The position numbers and the translations under genes were made by a program. Under the pieces are notes generated by a model. That model saw only the letters and a list, made by a program, of their open reading frames with translations. It did no database searches and had not been told where the DNA came from. A DNA stretch of 63,939 bases, the filler included, from Kipferlia bialata (lineage: Eukaryota): assembly GCA_003568945.1 (NCBI GenBank). It is 6 parts of 6 records of this genome, joined end to end, with 100 filler letters (N's around TTAATTAATTAA, not from the genome) between each part and the next. Parts side by side here need not be neighbours in the genome. Positions count along the whole stretch, not along the records: positions 1 to 12,161 come from BDIP01001127.1; positions 12,262 to 24,417 come from BDIP01001128.1; 4 more parts are not named here. One strand, given 5' to 3'. Shown one piece after another: positions 1-13,283 of the stretch; positions within the stretch are counted from its first letter, which is position 1; each line of letters starts with the position of its first letter.

Positions 1-1364
1 GGCCTCAACCATGTGAAGGTTGCGCTCTACCTACTGAGCTATCAGACCACATAGGGCTTCAGTAAGCCTGGTTACAATAACCACTAAGGAATGAACTGAG
101 CTATCTTCCTTGAAACGACACCCCAATACCTCCGTGAAACACATTCACAAGCGTACCACACAGCCGATACTTACCTCAAAGCCACTCCCCTTAGGGACAC
201 TCCCTCCATCATCATGATGTAGGGCAGCACCTGCTCCCTGGTCTCCTGTCTGACATCCATGGCCACAGCAACTAGCTCAGTGAAGGCAACCTGAAGATAA
301 GACGACACATCTGACATGACAATGATATATATATCATACACGAGGCATACTATATCACACAATGTGGGTGGTATGTATATACGTACCTCCGGCTGGTGTG
401 TGACTGGTGCTGTACCCGCTGTGCACAGCAGATCAGCATAGGCGGCAGCCATACAGGTCAGGTGGATAAGGCTGTTGCTGGGAGTAAGCACTCACTCCCC
501 TCAATAGATACAAGAGTATATAGAATATAAAGAAGAATATGGACATTACACCATGACGTACCTACTGGATATGTAGTCAAGGTCAGTATCCGACAGCAGT
601 GGGTTGAAGGATGGTATGTCCAGTGAGCTCCTAGGCGGGCACTTCCTAGGGTCCTCATGGGCATCCCCAGTGTGCCCCCCATCCACCTCGTATGCCCTCT
701 CTCTCTCCGCCTTCTCTCTCTCCCCATGCCTCTTAATGGCAGATAGCACATTGGACAGGTCAGCATCGGTGAAATCGGGGACGTCTCGGCTACGTGTCTC
801 AGGGCCCTAGAGGTCAGAGTAACGTATGTTTAGAATTCTCTATGCATGCATAATGCTAGACATACTCCTTCACACCTTCTTCTGTCTCTCTTCATACTCA
901 TCGGTGCTAGTGCCAACTGCAGTGTGGACCTGAGGAGTAAGGTACTAGGATACAATTTCTGAAGCAAAATTAGTACAATATACACTGGAAACATGCATCC
1001 TAACCTTCCTATCTGTCTCACTCTTCCTGGGTGGTGACACCAGCCCCAGGGCAGCCACTGCATTACGCACCATGAGGACAGTGTCGTCTAGCTCCTGAGG
1101 CATCAGTGACAAGTAACCGCGTAGCATGTTGAGATAATAGTGTCCCTTACCTGTAAGGAGTAGAGACTGAGGTTGTGGGGTAGTGACCCCAGCCACCGTG
1201 CCTCTGCTGCATTGGCATCCTCAGACGCAGGCACACAGTGGGCTCTTAGGATTAGTACGTATAGAAAGACAGAGGGAGAGAGAGAGAGATAGTCAGGGGT
1301 CAATTGGCATCCTCAGAGGCAGGCACACAGTGGGCTCTAGGGGGTTAGAGTGTACATACAGATA

Positions 1365-1402
<38 letters not shown>

Positions 1403-4400
1403 GGTAACGGTTTCACTAATAGAAGATAATGGGATCGCGAACAGTATCACGATACCTGAAAGCCCTTCTGTTTCTGAGCCAGAACACATAGGCATTGTAG
1501 GCAGCAATGGTGTCACTCCTGGAGGGTGAGAGACAGAATCAAGGAAATACATTGCAGGTGTATAGTAAGACAAACATGCATAATATACCTAGACCAGTGC
1601 AAGGTATACATACTTAAGAGAGTTAATAGTCGAGGATAGAAAATACTTGAGCCGAGCACAAAGTGTGTATATCCCGAGTGATATACTATAGATACCCAGA
1701 ATATACCTAGACCCCAATGCAAAGTGTGCGTGTGCCCTAACTGTGGGTCCCATGTTGGTGATGGGGGCCTTGATCGGGGTCTTTCTGTCACAGACAGCAG
1801 CAAGGATGCACCCGGCCTCACCAACACCTGACTAATAAGGGGCCAGAGGGAGAGACTTGAAACAAACTCAATTCTAGAATAGTGCATACAGATACAGTAC
1901 CTACGCATGCTGAGTACAACGCCAGTCTCACTGCCCTGAGTGATAGGGGCACTCTACTGGTGACAGTGCCCAGGGGGGTGAGTCTAGGGGGGTATCCGGA
2001 GGTGACACAATCTGCTGATCTCAACTGAGCAAGGGCATCGCCAATCCTGACAGTTAATATATGTAATACACACTGTATAGAATTCTACGCGACGTGTAGA
2101 TGTACCTAGTGGGCTCTGGTGGCTCTGGCATGTTCTGCAGCAGGTATCAGTTATAGTGCGTACCCTATACGATATGGTAATATACGCGATATATGTATAT
2201 ACCTCGTAGGCTCTGGTGGCTCAGGCATATTCTGCAGCAGAGTGATGGGGTTGCTCTGTGGGACAGAGAGACAGGAGAGGAGAAGGGGGCCCAGACCACG
2301 CCGCCTAGAAGGGTGAGAGAGAGTACTTGTCAGCAGGGGGCATATGCCACATCCTATTTAGGGGTGAGAGTAAGACAGAGATTATATGTCGCTTAGCAAT
2401 GATGCATTGCAGAGAGTGAGGCAAGTACAGTTTGAGAATGGGTGTGATTAAGCTTAGAGTACTAAATGATGAGTCCATTACCTGACCTCAGGCCTGGCCC
2501 TGGCTGGCAGCCAGTCCAGTCTGGACACATACGAGATGGCAAGGCCTGGGCCGGTGCGGCATGGGGTCAGAAGACATATATTTTGTATTGATATTTCATT
2601 GTAGATATATATTGAAATTTATGTAGACAAGGACTAGTTGGAGGATCGATATAGATGCATACTGGTAGATCTCCGTACCTGTGCGCCCTGCCCTCTGCTT
2701 GACCACATCTGACCCGACAAAGGTGACAATGAGCTCTTCGCCCTAGGGGTAAGGGATGACGAAGATATATACTCACGAAATGTAGGGACCACCACAACAG
2801 GTAGAAGGATACGACAACAAGAGCGAAATATACCTGTCTGGTAGTTGAGTACCAAGCCTCCTTGGTGACACACAGGTCTAGCACGACATCGACATCGGGC
2901 ACAGTGATGCTGGACTCGGCAATGGAGGTGGCCAGGATAACCTAGGTTAAGACAGAGAGAGAAGGAGATGCTAGATGAGTAGATCCATCACCACTAGTTA
3001 AGTTGGCAACCACCCACCTTGATCTTGTCGGTCCCCTCAGGCAGAGGATCAATGGCAGCTCTCATGGCCGCATCACTCAGACTACTGTGCAGAGCCCTGA
3101 CTGCTACATTTTTGGCAGATGGGAGGGCAGATATGAACCTAAGGTGAGGAGGGTAACGCTAGACGCTATCGTGTAGGAAAGCGTTACCTTGCGAAGTCCA
3201 TGACCTGTCCTATGCCTGACACAAAGACCAGGATGGCCCTGGGTTTCCAAGGGGTATCATCCACTACAGCAGGAGTGGCACATACACTTGACTGTTCAGC
3301 ACTAGTACCGGTCTCTCTAACCTGGGTTAGTTTCTCGCTCGAATACTTGATATAGCTCCTCTACCATTCTATTATGTGAGACTAACCTGTGTACGCATTG
3401 CTGACAGTCCCCCCTCCACCCTCTGTACCCCGCACTGACCGAGGGTCAGGGCACCGGAGGCAAAGTCCTGAGTTTAGAGTGAATATACACCTTGATAATG
3501 ATATATAGTCAGTAACAAGATGCATTTATATTGTCATCTGACCAAGAGTCAGGGCACCGGACGCAAAGTCCTGGTGTCAGTATCCTAGATATATCGCAAA
3601 CAGTATTATAGCTGGCTAACAGCGGTGTGGATAGCATTGGAAATGTGACCATCCACTGGGCAATTACAGGTAGTATAGTATACAATTAATGCACTAATAC
3701 CTCTACTAGGCACAGCACACTGGCCATGACTGTCATGTGCACACGGACAGGCTTCTCTGAATATAAGAAGAGTACTGGAGTAATAGAGAGAAAGAATATA
3801 TGGATATACCATACCGGCCTTTGCGGGTCCGTTGGGAATGCTCTTTGGGGCCATCAGTTCATCGTCCACTGCTGGCCACCCACGCTCTAGTCCTATGGGG
3901 TAAGGGTACCAATCGCGTAGAATCTAAAACCGACGCGTAGTAGAGGGAGATAGTACGTACCCTTCTGCAGGTACCTCCTCACAATTGGATGGTCTAGGAG
4001 CAGGTGGGTGATCGGGTAGCCTCTGGTGCGGACCTGTACAGTCGCAACCTCGCCTAGAGAGTAAGACTCAACGAGTGGTGATAGTACCGCGTAATTGTTG
4101 TAGTACCTGAAGGAGCCTCCAGTGCCAGCTGTGCAAATGCATCCATGGTGGATCCTGCTGGGCCTGGACGCACTGACGTTAGCCAACACATCTAAAAGAG
4201 TATGAATACACCACTCACAAGAACTATAAACCACCCTGTACCTGAAGTGAAGTAGTCGATCAAGGGCCTTGCAAACAGAGTGGCCGACATAACAACAAGG
4301 CGGGTCCTGAGGGTGAGATGACAATGTATGAAAACTGTATATGCATATGAATGAGTGAATGATGGGAAACAGAGATGGACATGCCTAGGCCACTTCTCGA

Positions 4401-7400
4401 TGAGTCTCTTGGCAAGGTGGAGACAGAGGTCAACCTCTAGAGTGCGCTCATGTACCTGTATATGAGAATATCGCGTAGTTTTGAGAATCGTGTAGACAGT
4501 GGTACCTCATCAAACACTATGATGTCTGGGAACCGTCCACCCTCCATCTGCAGGGCTAGTAGGTCGTCACCAGTAGGCATCTGGTCAAGGGGTCTAGGGG
4601 TGAGTAGAGAGATCAATAAGAGTAGCTACATACATAAAGTCTGGATGTCATTGCTACTAAAAGAACCCACAAATGCATGGCGAAATACCCTGAATAGTGC
4701 AACAGATGGTGTACATAAGGTTACTCACTTTGCGGACCGATGAGCAGCAGCCTCGGCATCGACCATGGGATCTCTGAGGTTAGGAGTAAGGAGTACATGA
4801 CATCAACACTTGATACGTACTAGGAGTCAAAGACTCATCATAAGCATCTAGCAATGTACCATACCTCTGCGGGAGGTTGAGCAGCCTCTCCAGAGTGGAC
4901 TTGAACACACCACATGTTGTGTAGAGGATCCTGCTGGCTGATGTGTACACAGGTCTCCCTCCCACATAGTACCCCACAATGGAGCCAAGGGGTCTCTGAA
5001 GGAGAGCGGAGACATGCATGGCTAGCTGCACTGGAGAGTCAGAAAACTAAGCTTATCATGATACATATACAGTAGCCGTATCATCTACGGTGTACGGTGT
5101 ACCTGATGGCAGTCTACGGTGCTGTGCCACTACTATGAAGGGAGGGGGCTGGCCGTCCTGGATCTGGGCATCTAGGGTCAGTGCTGTAGTACATTATCAA
5201 TAGTAGTATCTACATCAGAATGGAACTCATATCGAGCGAAACGTTTAGAGCTCTTCCAAGATTGGTATATAGGGAAGAATATAGTAAATACATACATCAT
5301 ATATACCTAGTAGGATGAGTGGGGCTATGCTGCTCTTGCCTGCCCCAGTGGCAGCATGGACTAGGGTTGTGGAGTGGGCTCTGGGATAAGTAGAGCCTAG
5401 TATCCGCCGACAACCGGTATACAATGATTCATACCTGACACTGTCTACTAGCTGTTGTCTCTGTTCCATCATGCTGTATGCCTTGACCCTCTCCAGTGCG
5501 GCACTCACACTATACAGACTATTATATATATATATATATATATGACATACTATATAGTATGCATACCTTACACTATCTACCAACTGCTGTCTCTGCTCCA
5601 TCATACTATAGGCCTTGACCCTCTCCAGTGCGGCACTCACACAGCTCTTGAGGTAGGGGCCACTCACATCGGCAAAGCCACCTGACATTAAAACAGGAAC
5701 ATATATTTACAAGAGAAGTGGATAGAGTTAGAGACAGAGAGAGAGAGTCCCTACCTATCTGGGGTGCCCCTGGTAGGGGTACATGGGGTGGTCTCTTGTT
5801 GAGAGATGCCCCACTCCTGATGTACACAACGTCATCGGGGGATCGCATCATGGCGCCTCTATCAATTAGCAAAGTATTATACCATTTTCATGTGGAAACA
5901 ACTCAATTATCTTGTATTACCTTATGATGAAATACTACAGAGAGGATAATATGGCATACTAAGGATTGGAAAGTAATTGGTATTACACACCATTGACGAT
6001 TATGCTAACTACACTGTTACTATATTCATAGATCCTCACCTGACCCTGCTGACCACAGACAGCACTACCAACAAACGGGTGGGGTCACTGGGGTAAGGGC
6101 TTTAATCACTAAGTAAAGATTATACTGCTCTCCGTAAAATCTCTACCAGATCACTATGGAAAGATAGAAGTTACATTACTATACACATACCCCTTCTTTC
6201 GTGGTATGAGCTTTGTCCCCCTCAGTCTCACGGCACCAGGTGGGGGGGAGGGGCGACAGGCTGGGGTCAGTATTCATTTCAAACGGGAGACAAACAGGAC
6301 ATATAATGGCATCAACTATTCACATATTCGTGTGTGTATATGTAAATACATACCTGACAGGAAGTCCGACAGTGCCTTCCTCAGAGTGGACAGGTCCTCA
6401 TAGGTCAGAGGGGTGCCCTCCACAACCTGGTTGTTAGGGTACATATGCATATAGATGGGATCAGGTGTAGATATTCAATACATATATGTATAGTCACACT
6501 TAATACATTAGTATTTGAGACCAATATCCATACAATCCATTACCTGCTCCCTCCTGTCACTGACTCCCATCACCAGATGACCGCCATGGGTGTTCAGGTA
6601 CCCACACGTGTATCTGAGGGTGAGAGGCAGCAAGACCTCTAATAGCGTTCCAATTTGTAATGGGCAACACTCAATAGAATAGGCAGAGCAGGAGAGACAC
6701 TGTATATATGTAGATACAGATACCTTGAGAGTTCCTGCAGAATGTCCCTCAGGAATGACTCCTTGTCACGTCTCGAGTAGGACCTATGCGCCTAAGGGGT
6801 TAGAACATTGTCGTATAGACAACTGTTCCAAGACGTATGAATGGCTCACCTTCAGCTCGAAGTACTGTCCCTCACTAGGACACTTCCCTGCGAGTTGATG
6901 TCCCACCCTCAGCCGCTTGGGTCTCTTATCCTTCTTCTCTGCCTCTCCCTCTCCCTCTCCAGGAACCCCCCCTATGTGGCTACCACACACGCCCTTTCCC
7001 TTAGGTAAGGGCACCTGTATACGGGCCACCTTCTCTCCCTTACGGAGGGTGCCTATGCCCTGGGTGTAAATGGAAACAGAAAGGATAGATATCGAGTCAC
7101 ATCCCAACACAGTAATGAATGTATCCCTATAATTTATGTATTGGTGTATATCTACCTGACTCATCAGACTGTCTACAAATGCAGTGGCATATATATATAT
7201 ATATATATATATGAGTATATGTAGAGAGTTATATATATATATATATATGCATATACACACACCTGGTTCATTAGACTGTCCACAAATGCAGTGGCATATG
7301 CTGCATCCTCGACATCGGACAGAAAGGAGGACCTGACAGTCAGTGTATGGATATAGACATATGAAAATAGGCACCAATACATGTATGGATATATCTGAAA

Positions 7401-7950
7401 GGAGGAATGGAGATCTGACATCTGCATATATACTACAACTTATACTGATACCCAATATAATGATACCCAGATTTCCACGCTTTGCATAGTACAAATCCTC
7501 CGCCATTAAAGGATACAGTGTATAACTATAGATACAATTGATATACAGGTACCTAACGTAGTACTCATCCTCTGCCACTAAGGGTGTTTTCTTGCCCTTC
7601 CCCTTCTTCTGTCTCTCTCTCTCCTTCTGTCTCTCCCTCTTGTTCTTGCCCTTCCGCTGCTTCTGATTCTTGACAGGCTTTGGTGCATCTCTATCATCCA
7701 CAGAGAGTGACGCATGCACCCGTACACTGGTCACCATCGATACACGGGGATGGAGAGTGGCTGGGGGGATCGGAACTGAAGCATTTCCCTTCTCTCTCTC
7801 TCTCTCTCTCTCAGCATTGAGTCTATCCCTTGGATCCCTTGCCATCACAAGAGACTGCCTTGACAATAGGACACGCGTGGCATATGATACACTATCCTCA
7901 GATGGGGCACCAGGCAGGGTCACAACTATGTGAGAAGAGTCAGGAGAGCA
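1..7950 (-). CDS. DExH-box (RHA/DEAH family) RNA helicase, multi-exon, partial at both ends
   Basis: Hand-spliced exons give motif I TTLVHAATGAGKSS (about 5330-5380), II PDIIVFDE|VHERT (4440-4535), III VVMSATL (4275-4305), IV AILVFVSGIGQV (3190-3240), V ILATSIAESSITVPDV (2880-2940), VI KQRAGRT|GRTGPG (2545-2700) and HA2-like LTPLGTVTSRVPLSL (1930-1985). Ends approximate. Confidence 0.93.
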
Positions 7951-8335
7951 GGAGAGGCTACAGAGGCAACAGTAACAGAATCGATAAGATAGTCGAGAGG
8001 GGGGGGGGGTGGATTTGTGATAGACTATTCTGATGCAATTGGCAATAGAGATAGATATCCCGAAGGTCCAGAAATGAAAGATGAATGAATACGTGTCTCC
8101 AAATGATACGTAATACACGCGCAAAGAAAATTGCAACCTAGATACACAGGAGCGAATGGGTAGGGGGGGGAGAGAATAGTGAAAGAGACATACTATATTA
8201 GTCGCGAAACAGAAATAGCAAATACAGAATGCAGAGGTGGGGGGGGGGGGGGGGGGGGAAAAAAAACCCCCCACAAAAAAAAAAAAAAAAAAAATTTTTT
8301 CCCCCCCCCCCCCCCCCCTCTTTCTTTCAACCCAG

Positions 8336-11300
8336 GTGCCGCCTATGTCTTCCACCTAGACAAGTCAGGCAGTTCCAGCCTGGGACCATGGGAGTATGTG
8401 CAGGTACTATATGTATATATATTTGAGTGTATGTATATATATCATATATATGACCATGGGGCTGTGTGCAGGTATACATAGACATTCTATACATATATAT
8501 ATATTCATATGTGTGTATATATGTACATAGCATTCATACATAGACCATGGGACTATGTGCAGGTATTGTATATATATACGTATATGTATATATTGATATC
8601 CGATGACTATTATATGAGTATATATTCAGCCCCATGGGACTATACTCAGGTACTTTATGAATATTCATGATTGTATCTATATAGATTACATATATATATG
8701 ACCATGGGACTATGTACAGGTATATATATTCTATATGTATGTATATATACATATATGTATATATGTGTGTAGTATATATGCATCTACATGGGGTGGCCCA
8801 TGGTCCTACGAGCAGGCTCCCTAGTTCTGCCAGTACTGTCTGGTATAGTACATACTTCATGCAATAGTACTTTGTTAATAATCACTAACCCCGGTCCCTC
8901 ACCCAGCCCAGTATACTTTTCCAATATATACTATATACTGCTTACAATGACCATCTATATACAATGTATTGTAGAACGGTGATAAAGGATGCTGACAACA
9001 GTCCCTGACCCAGCCCAACACAGAGTTCATGGGAGTGTCAGTGGCCATAGAAGGTATATTAGTATTCTTTGATGGTCATGACATGGATGGTCTTTCTCTC
9101 TTTCTCTTTTCAATTTAGTATAGATAGTCACGATATACGATATGGGTATATATATGGTTCACCTTCGTCTCTCTTTCTCATTTCTATTTGGTTCCCTCTC
9201 ATCCTTTCAGGAGACTGGCTAGCTGTGGGCGCCCCATCTCAAATAGGGGGCAAGAGCAGTGTGTTTATGTACAAGAGGTGTTTATTCATCACTACATTAC
9301 TATTTACTAGTGTAATCTATATATATATGTGTTCTTGTGTGGGTCTGTCATTTCCAAAGTATATATATATATAAAAATGCTCGGTATGTATGTGTATGTA
9401 TATATGTAACCTCTTCTCATGTCAGGTCAGGGTGTGTGTTAGTCCATGCCCAGACGAAGATGCACAAACACATTTAATTATATTGTTACTATATTTTTAC
9501 TTAACCTCTATTAATGTCAGGTCAGGCGGTGTGTTTGTACATGCTCAGACACTGACCCACCCAAGTACCCCGGCCATAGACTCATTTGGCCAGGTGGGGT
9601 TGAATCAATACTATGACATACAACCAATACAATGACTGTATATGCATAGACATGGTACATATTAGTAGCCAGAGAGTCATTTGGCCAGGTGGGGTTGACT
9701 AGACACACATGGACGATATTTGTGTTAATAGGGACTATCTAAGTCATTGTCCTGTTCTTACCTTCAGGCAGTTGACATGTACATCGATGCAGAGACATCT
9801 ACTCTGGCTGTTGGATGTCCAGATGACAAGGAGGACAGGTAGGGTCTTCTTCCGCTCTTCGTGGATGGTTCTGTGGATGAGCACCCCACTACTCTCTCTC
9901 TCCCTACACCATTCTGAATGTGATCTGTCCCTTTTCTCATTCCAGCGGTGCTGTGTATGTGTACACCCTGTCCAGTGGTGAGTGGATCACCAAGAACACC
10001 CTGACTGCCACCAAGACTGGCCTCTGGGGATACGGGTACTCACTCACGGTGGAGAAGGTATAATATTCTATATGTATAGTAATATATAAGTATACATATA
10101 TATATATAGTACATGAGTTGTGTGTCTCTGGGGATATGGGTACTCACTCACAGTAGAGAAGGTATATAATAAGAGAGAGAGAAATATATAGTATGGCAGA
10201 GGGAACACGTATGTTTCCTATATCTCCATCTCTGGGGAACGGGTACTCACTCACGGTGGAGAAAGTGTGGACTCATATATACGCATATGAATATATGCAT
10301 ATAGTATTGTAGTACTATTCAGTGTCTTCAGTACATTCCCCCACCCTCAGGACACCATTGTGGTTGGGACTGAAACTGGGGGTGTGGTGGAGGTGCACAG
10401 TACAGGTATATAGGGAATACATTCTCTCCATCTGTAGTGTCCGTGTTATTCAGTATATGCACTGGTTCAGGTATAGTAGTGTTCATACACACTCTCTACA
10501 TACACCAAGTGTATAATACTCTATACGTATATATATATGTATAAATATCAGCACTGACTTCCAGATGGCGACAGGTGGGTGTGGCAGAATACCCTTCAGG
10601 TCGAGTGCGAGGGTACCCTCTCTCTCTCCCTCCACCTGGATAGCGATAGAGACACCCTCGCTGTTGGGTGCCAGGACCTTTCAGCCGGCAAGGTAGATTC
10701 TATTTCAGAGTATCATTTGACCATATACTTCCAAGGTTTCTCTGGGTTACTCTTCTACAAGGTATTAGAGTTGTCTCTATCTGGCGTCGAGTTAAATACC
10801 GTCTCTCACCTATCAGACTCGTTATGCCGGTGGCGTCACCACCTTCTACAGAAATGGTGCTGGTGTCTTTGGAAGTGGGACCCTGATAACTGGGTCCAAG
10901 TCATGTAAGTGATGGTATATTTAGTATAATATTCACATATGTGTCTATCAAGTATATGTCTCTCTCGGAGCCTCAACCTGACACCAGACTCCTTCTTTGG
11001 TGCTGGTGTTGTGGTGACTGGGTCCAGCTTGTATGTTGGTATCCCAGGTGTGTACACATCTGGATACATCTGTAAGGCTCTTCAATATAGTGAGTATGGG
11101 AGTTACTGCCAATGATCCTACTATTGGCCCTTTTCTCTCTGCTGTGTCTCTCTCTATTGTAGTGTGAGAGATATTCTACACTACTTGACATATCTGCATT
11201 GTCTCTCATACTTCCAGGAGACAACAACTTTGGTGGCTCTGTGTACACCTTCCAGCACAACAACCCTTACAACGAGGACACGTGGCAGATTATGGACGCA

Positions 11301-11852
11301 GAGATGGTACGGAGTCCACATAATTCACCCAGTCTACTTCGTTTGTTGTGTTTCACACTTGATACTGATAAGAATCCTCCCTGGCTTGCAGCTGTATGGC
11401 GGTATCTTTGATGTATGTCTCTCACCCTTCAGTGCAAGGAGGAGGATTCATCCATGGGAGAGACCCTTGCAATTGACAACGGGTGAGTAGTCAAAAGAGA
11501 ATCAGCAGTGAATGATTACATACGTGTTAGATCTTCCATGGACAGTGTCTCTTCCTTCCTTTACCCCAGCATCCTTCTGGCTGGCATATTCCGGGACTTG
11601 CAGTAGTTATCCTAATATACCTTTGATACTTAATCTGTATATAACCTGATATATATATATGACCCCTGAGCATCCTTCTGGCCGGCATGCGCCAGTGGGA
11701 CATGAATTCAGAAGATATACATATACATATTCACTGTATGTATATTACCAACTCCCATAGTATTATACTAACCCAGCATCCTTCTAGCCGGCATGCCCCA
11801 GTGGGATATGGAAGACGGGATGGTGGGGATACTGCCTACATGGGAGTACTAG
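8336..11852 (+). CDS. FG-GAP repeat (integrin alpha-like) beta-propeller protein, multi-exon, 5' part missing
   Basis: Exons give GAAYVFH, EFMGVSVAIE|GDWLAVGAP, STLAVGCP, GAVYVYT, YGYSLTVEK|DTIVVG, DTLAVGCQD, FFGAGVVVTGSSLYVGIPG, GGSVYTF and ILLAGMPQWD...WEY* (TAG 11850-11852). The first visible exon starts at an acceptor, with no ATG. Confidence 0.85.
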
Positions 11853-12161
11853 CCGAGTGCTACTAGGCTAAGTATTTACATACCTGAGTGTAATAGACCC
11901 TAGTATGCAGTGTTTGATGTGCTGTGGTTGGGGTTTACTGTCTGATGTCCAAAGCTATACTGCCATATGACTTGAGAGGCTCCAAGTAACTCTACCAACC
12001 GGGTTTCCTACTAGGCCTAGTATAATGGAGTCATTTAACGAGTATTTAGTGTATATTGTATACTCAGGAGAATTTTGACAGTAGTGTCAGAACTCTAGAT
12101 CAGACAGTGATTCAAAATCAGAGTGGTGAAGGAGCTTCACAATACAGTTCCCCCTGAAGCC

Positions 12162-12261
12162 NNNNNNNNNNNNNNNNNNNNNNNNNNNNNNNNNNNNNNN
12201 NNNNNTTAATTAATTAANNNNNNNNNNNNNNNNNNNNNNNNNNNNNNNNNNNNNNNNNNNN
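12162..12261. other. Artificial scaffold-concatenation linker
   Basis: 44 N + TTAATTAATTAA (stops in all six frames) + 44 N; the identical 100-bp unit occurs five times. Confidence 0.98.
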
Positions 12262-12927
12262 CCCTGCATGAAACTGAACAAGGGGATTGGGCTGTCTCCG
12301 GTGCGCTTCCATGTCTTTGTGGCTGGATACCACTCCCACGTGTCTGTGAGTGTCTCACCTCTGTTGTTGAGGCCACCACACACAACGAGACAGTCATCAG
12401 TACCAAAGACAAGAGGCATGTCACGTGGCACAGGGTTCTTTCCACCCCTGTCTGTGAGGTTGCTGAAACCCCACCCTGTAGCCGCTATGGCCTTGGCAAT
12501 ATCCTCGTCTTGCTTGTCATCTACAGTCTCCCACTCCCCTGTGAGAATGGAGTAGCCTACTCTAGGAGTAGGTGGCGAGTGTGCCCTGTGACAAGCCGGT
12601 TCTGTACCCACTGCAGAGGGTCTTGCCCCCAAAGGCTACCACAAGCTCACCAACACGTGCTATCTGGACAGCAAATACACCCGCAGGTAGGGATGGGCCA
12701 TCGATGGGCTCATTCTCTACCTGGCGGTCTGGGGAGAGGGTCAGTAGGCGCCACTTCTGCACAAACTTGTTCCTTCCTGTCCCCTCCGCCACGCTGTAAG
12801 TGAGCATGGCTCTGTCATGTCCAATACTGATCACTGACATGTTCATGCCGATGTCTTCCTCCCCTCTCTCCTCAGTGACACAGGGTGGTAAGTGTGTACA
12901 CTCTGTGAACCATGTCTTGGCCTCCAT
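12262..12927 (-). pseudogene. Kelch-type beta-propeller gene disrupted by a 16-bp insertion (stop plus frameshift); truncated at scaffold end
   Basis: ORF 12562-12927 (…QIARVGELVVAFGG…TYS*) continues in another frame (YSILTGEWE…VCGG…DTWEWYPATKTWKR). Both halves align with the paralogs at 13284 and 15245, and removing 12549-12564 restores TYSILTGEW. Confidence 0.75.
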
Positions 12928-13283
12928 TGAGTGTATATATTTCCTGACACTTTGTTACTGGTTCAATGATCCTGGTAAGAGAGTGGGCCTTGTATATGTC
13001 ATTGTATACCACAGCTGTAAACATGTCAACGAGAACTGTAAACGTCATGACATAGTACTGTAAAGGTCTCACTTGTGGATAGGTGTACTCTCTACGGTAA
13101 GATTAGACTCAACAGTCACTATGAATACTAAATAGATGGCCTCTAGGCTATACTGTCTTTGTGGCCAGTTTCCACTATGGGTACTCTCTTCCACATGCTT
13201 GCCCCTACCAGCCCCTAACTGAACCACACTGCCGCAACTAGCTTTTGTGGACACCTGTCACATTGGATCAGTAATCGAGAGGT

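Noticed and set aside
6784..8355. 523-aa ORF as a single protein
   Set aside because: It reads through stop-free introns and homopolymer runs; only parts are helicase-gene exons.
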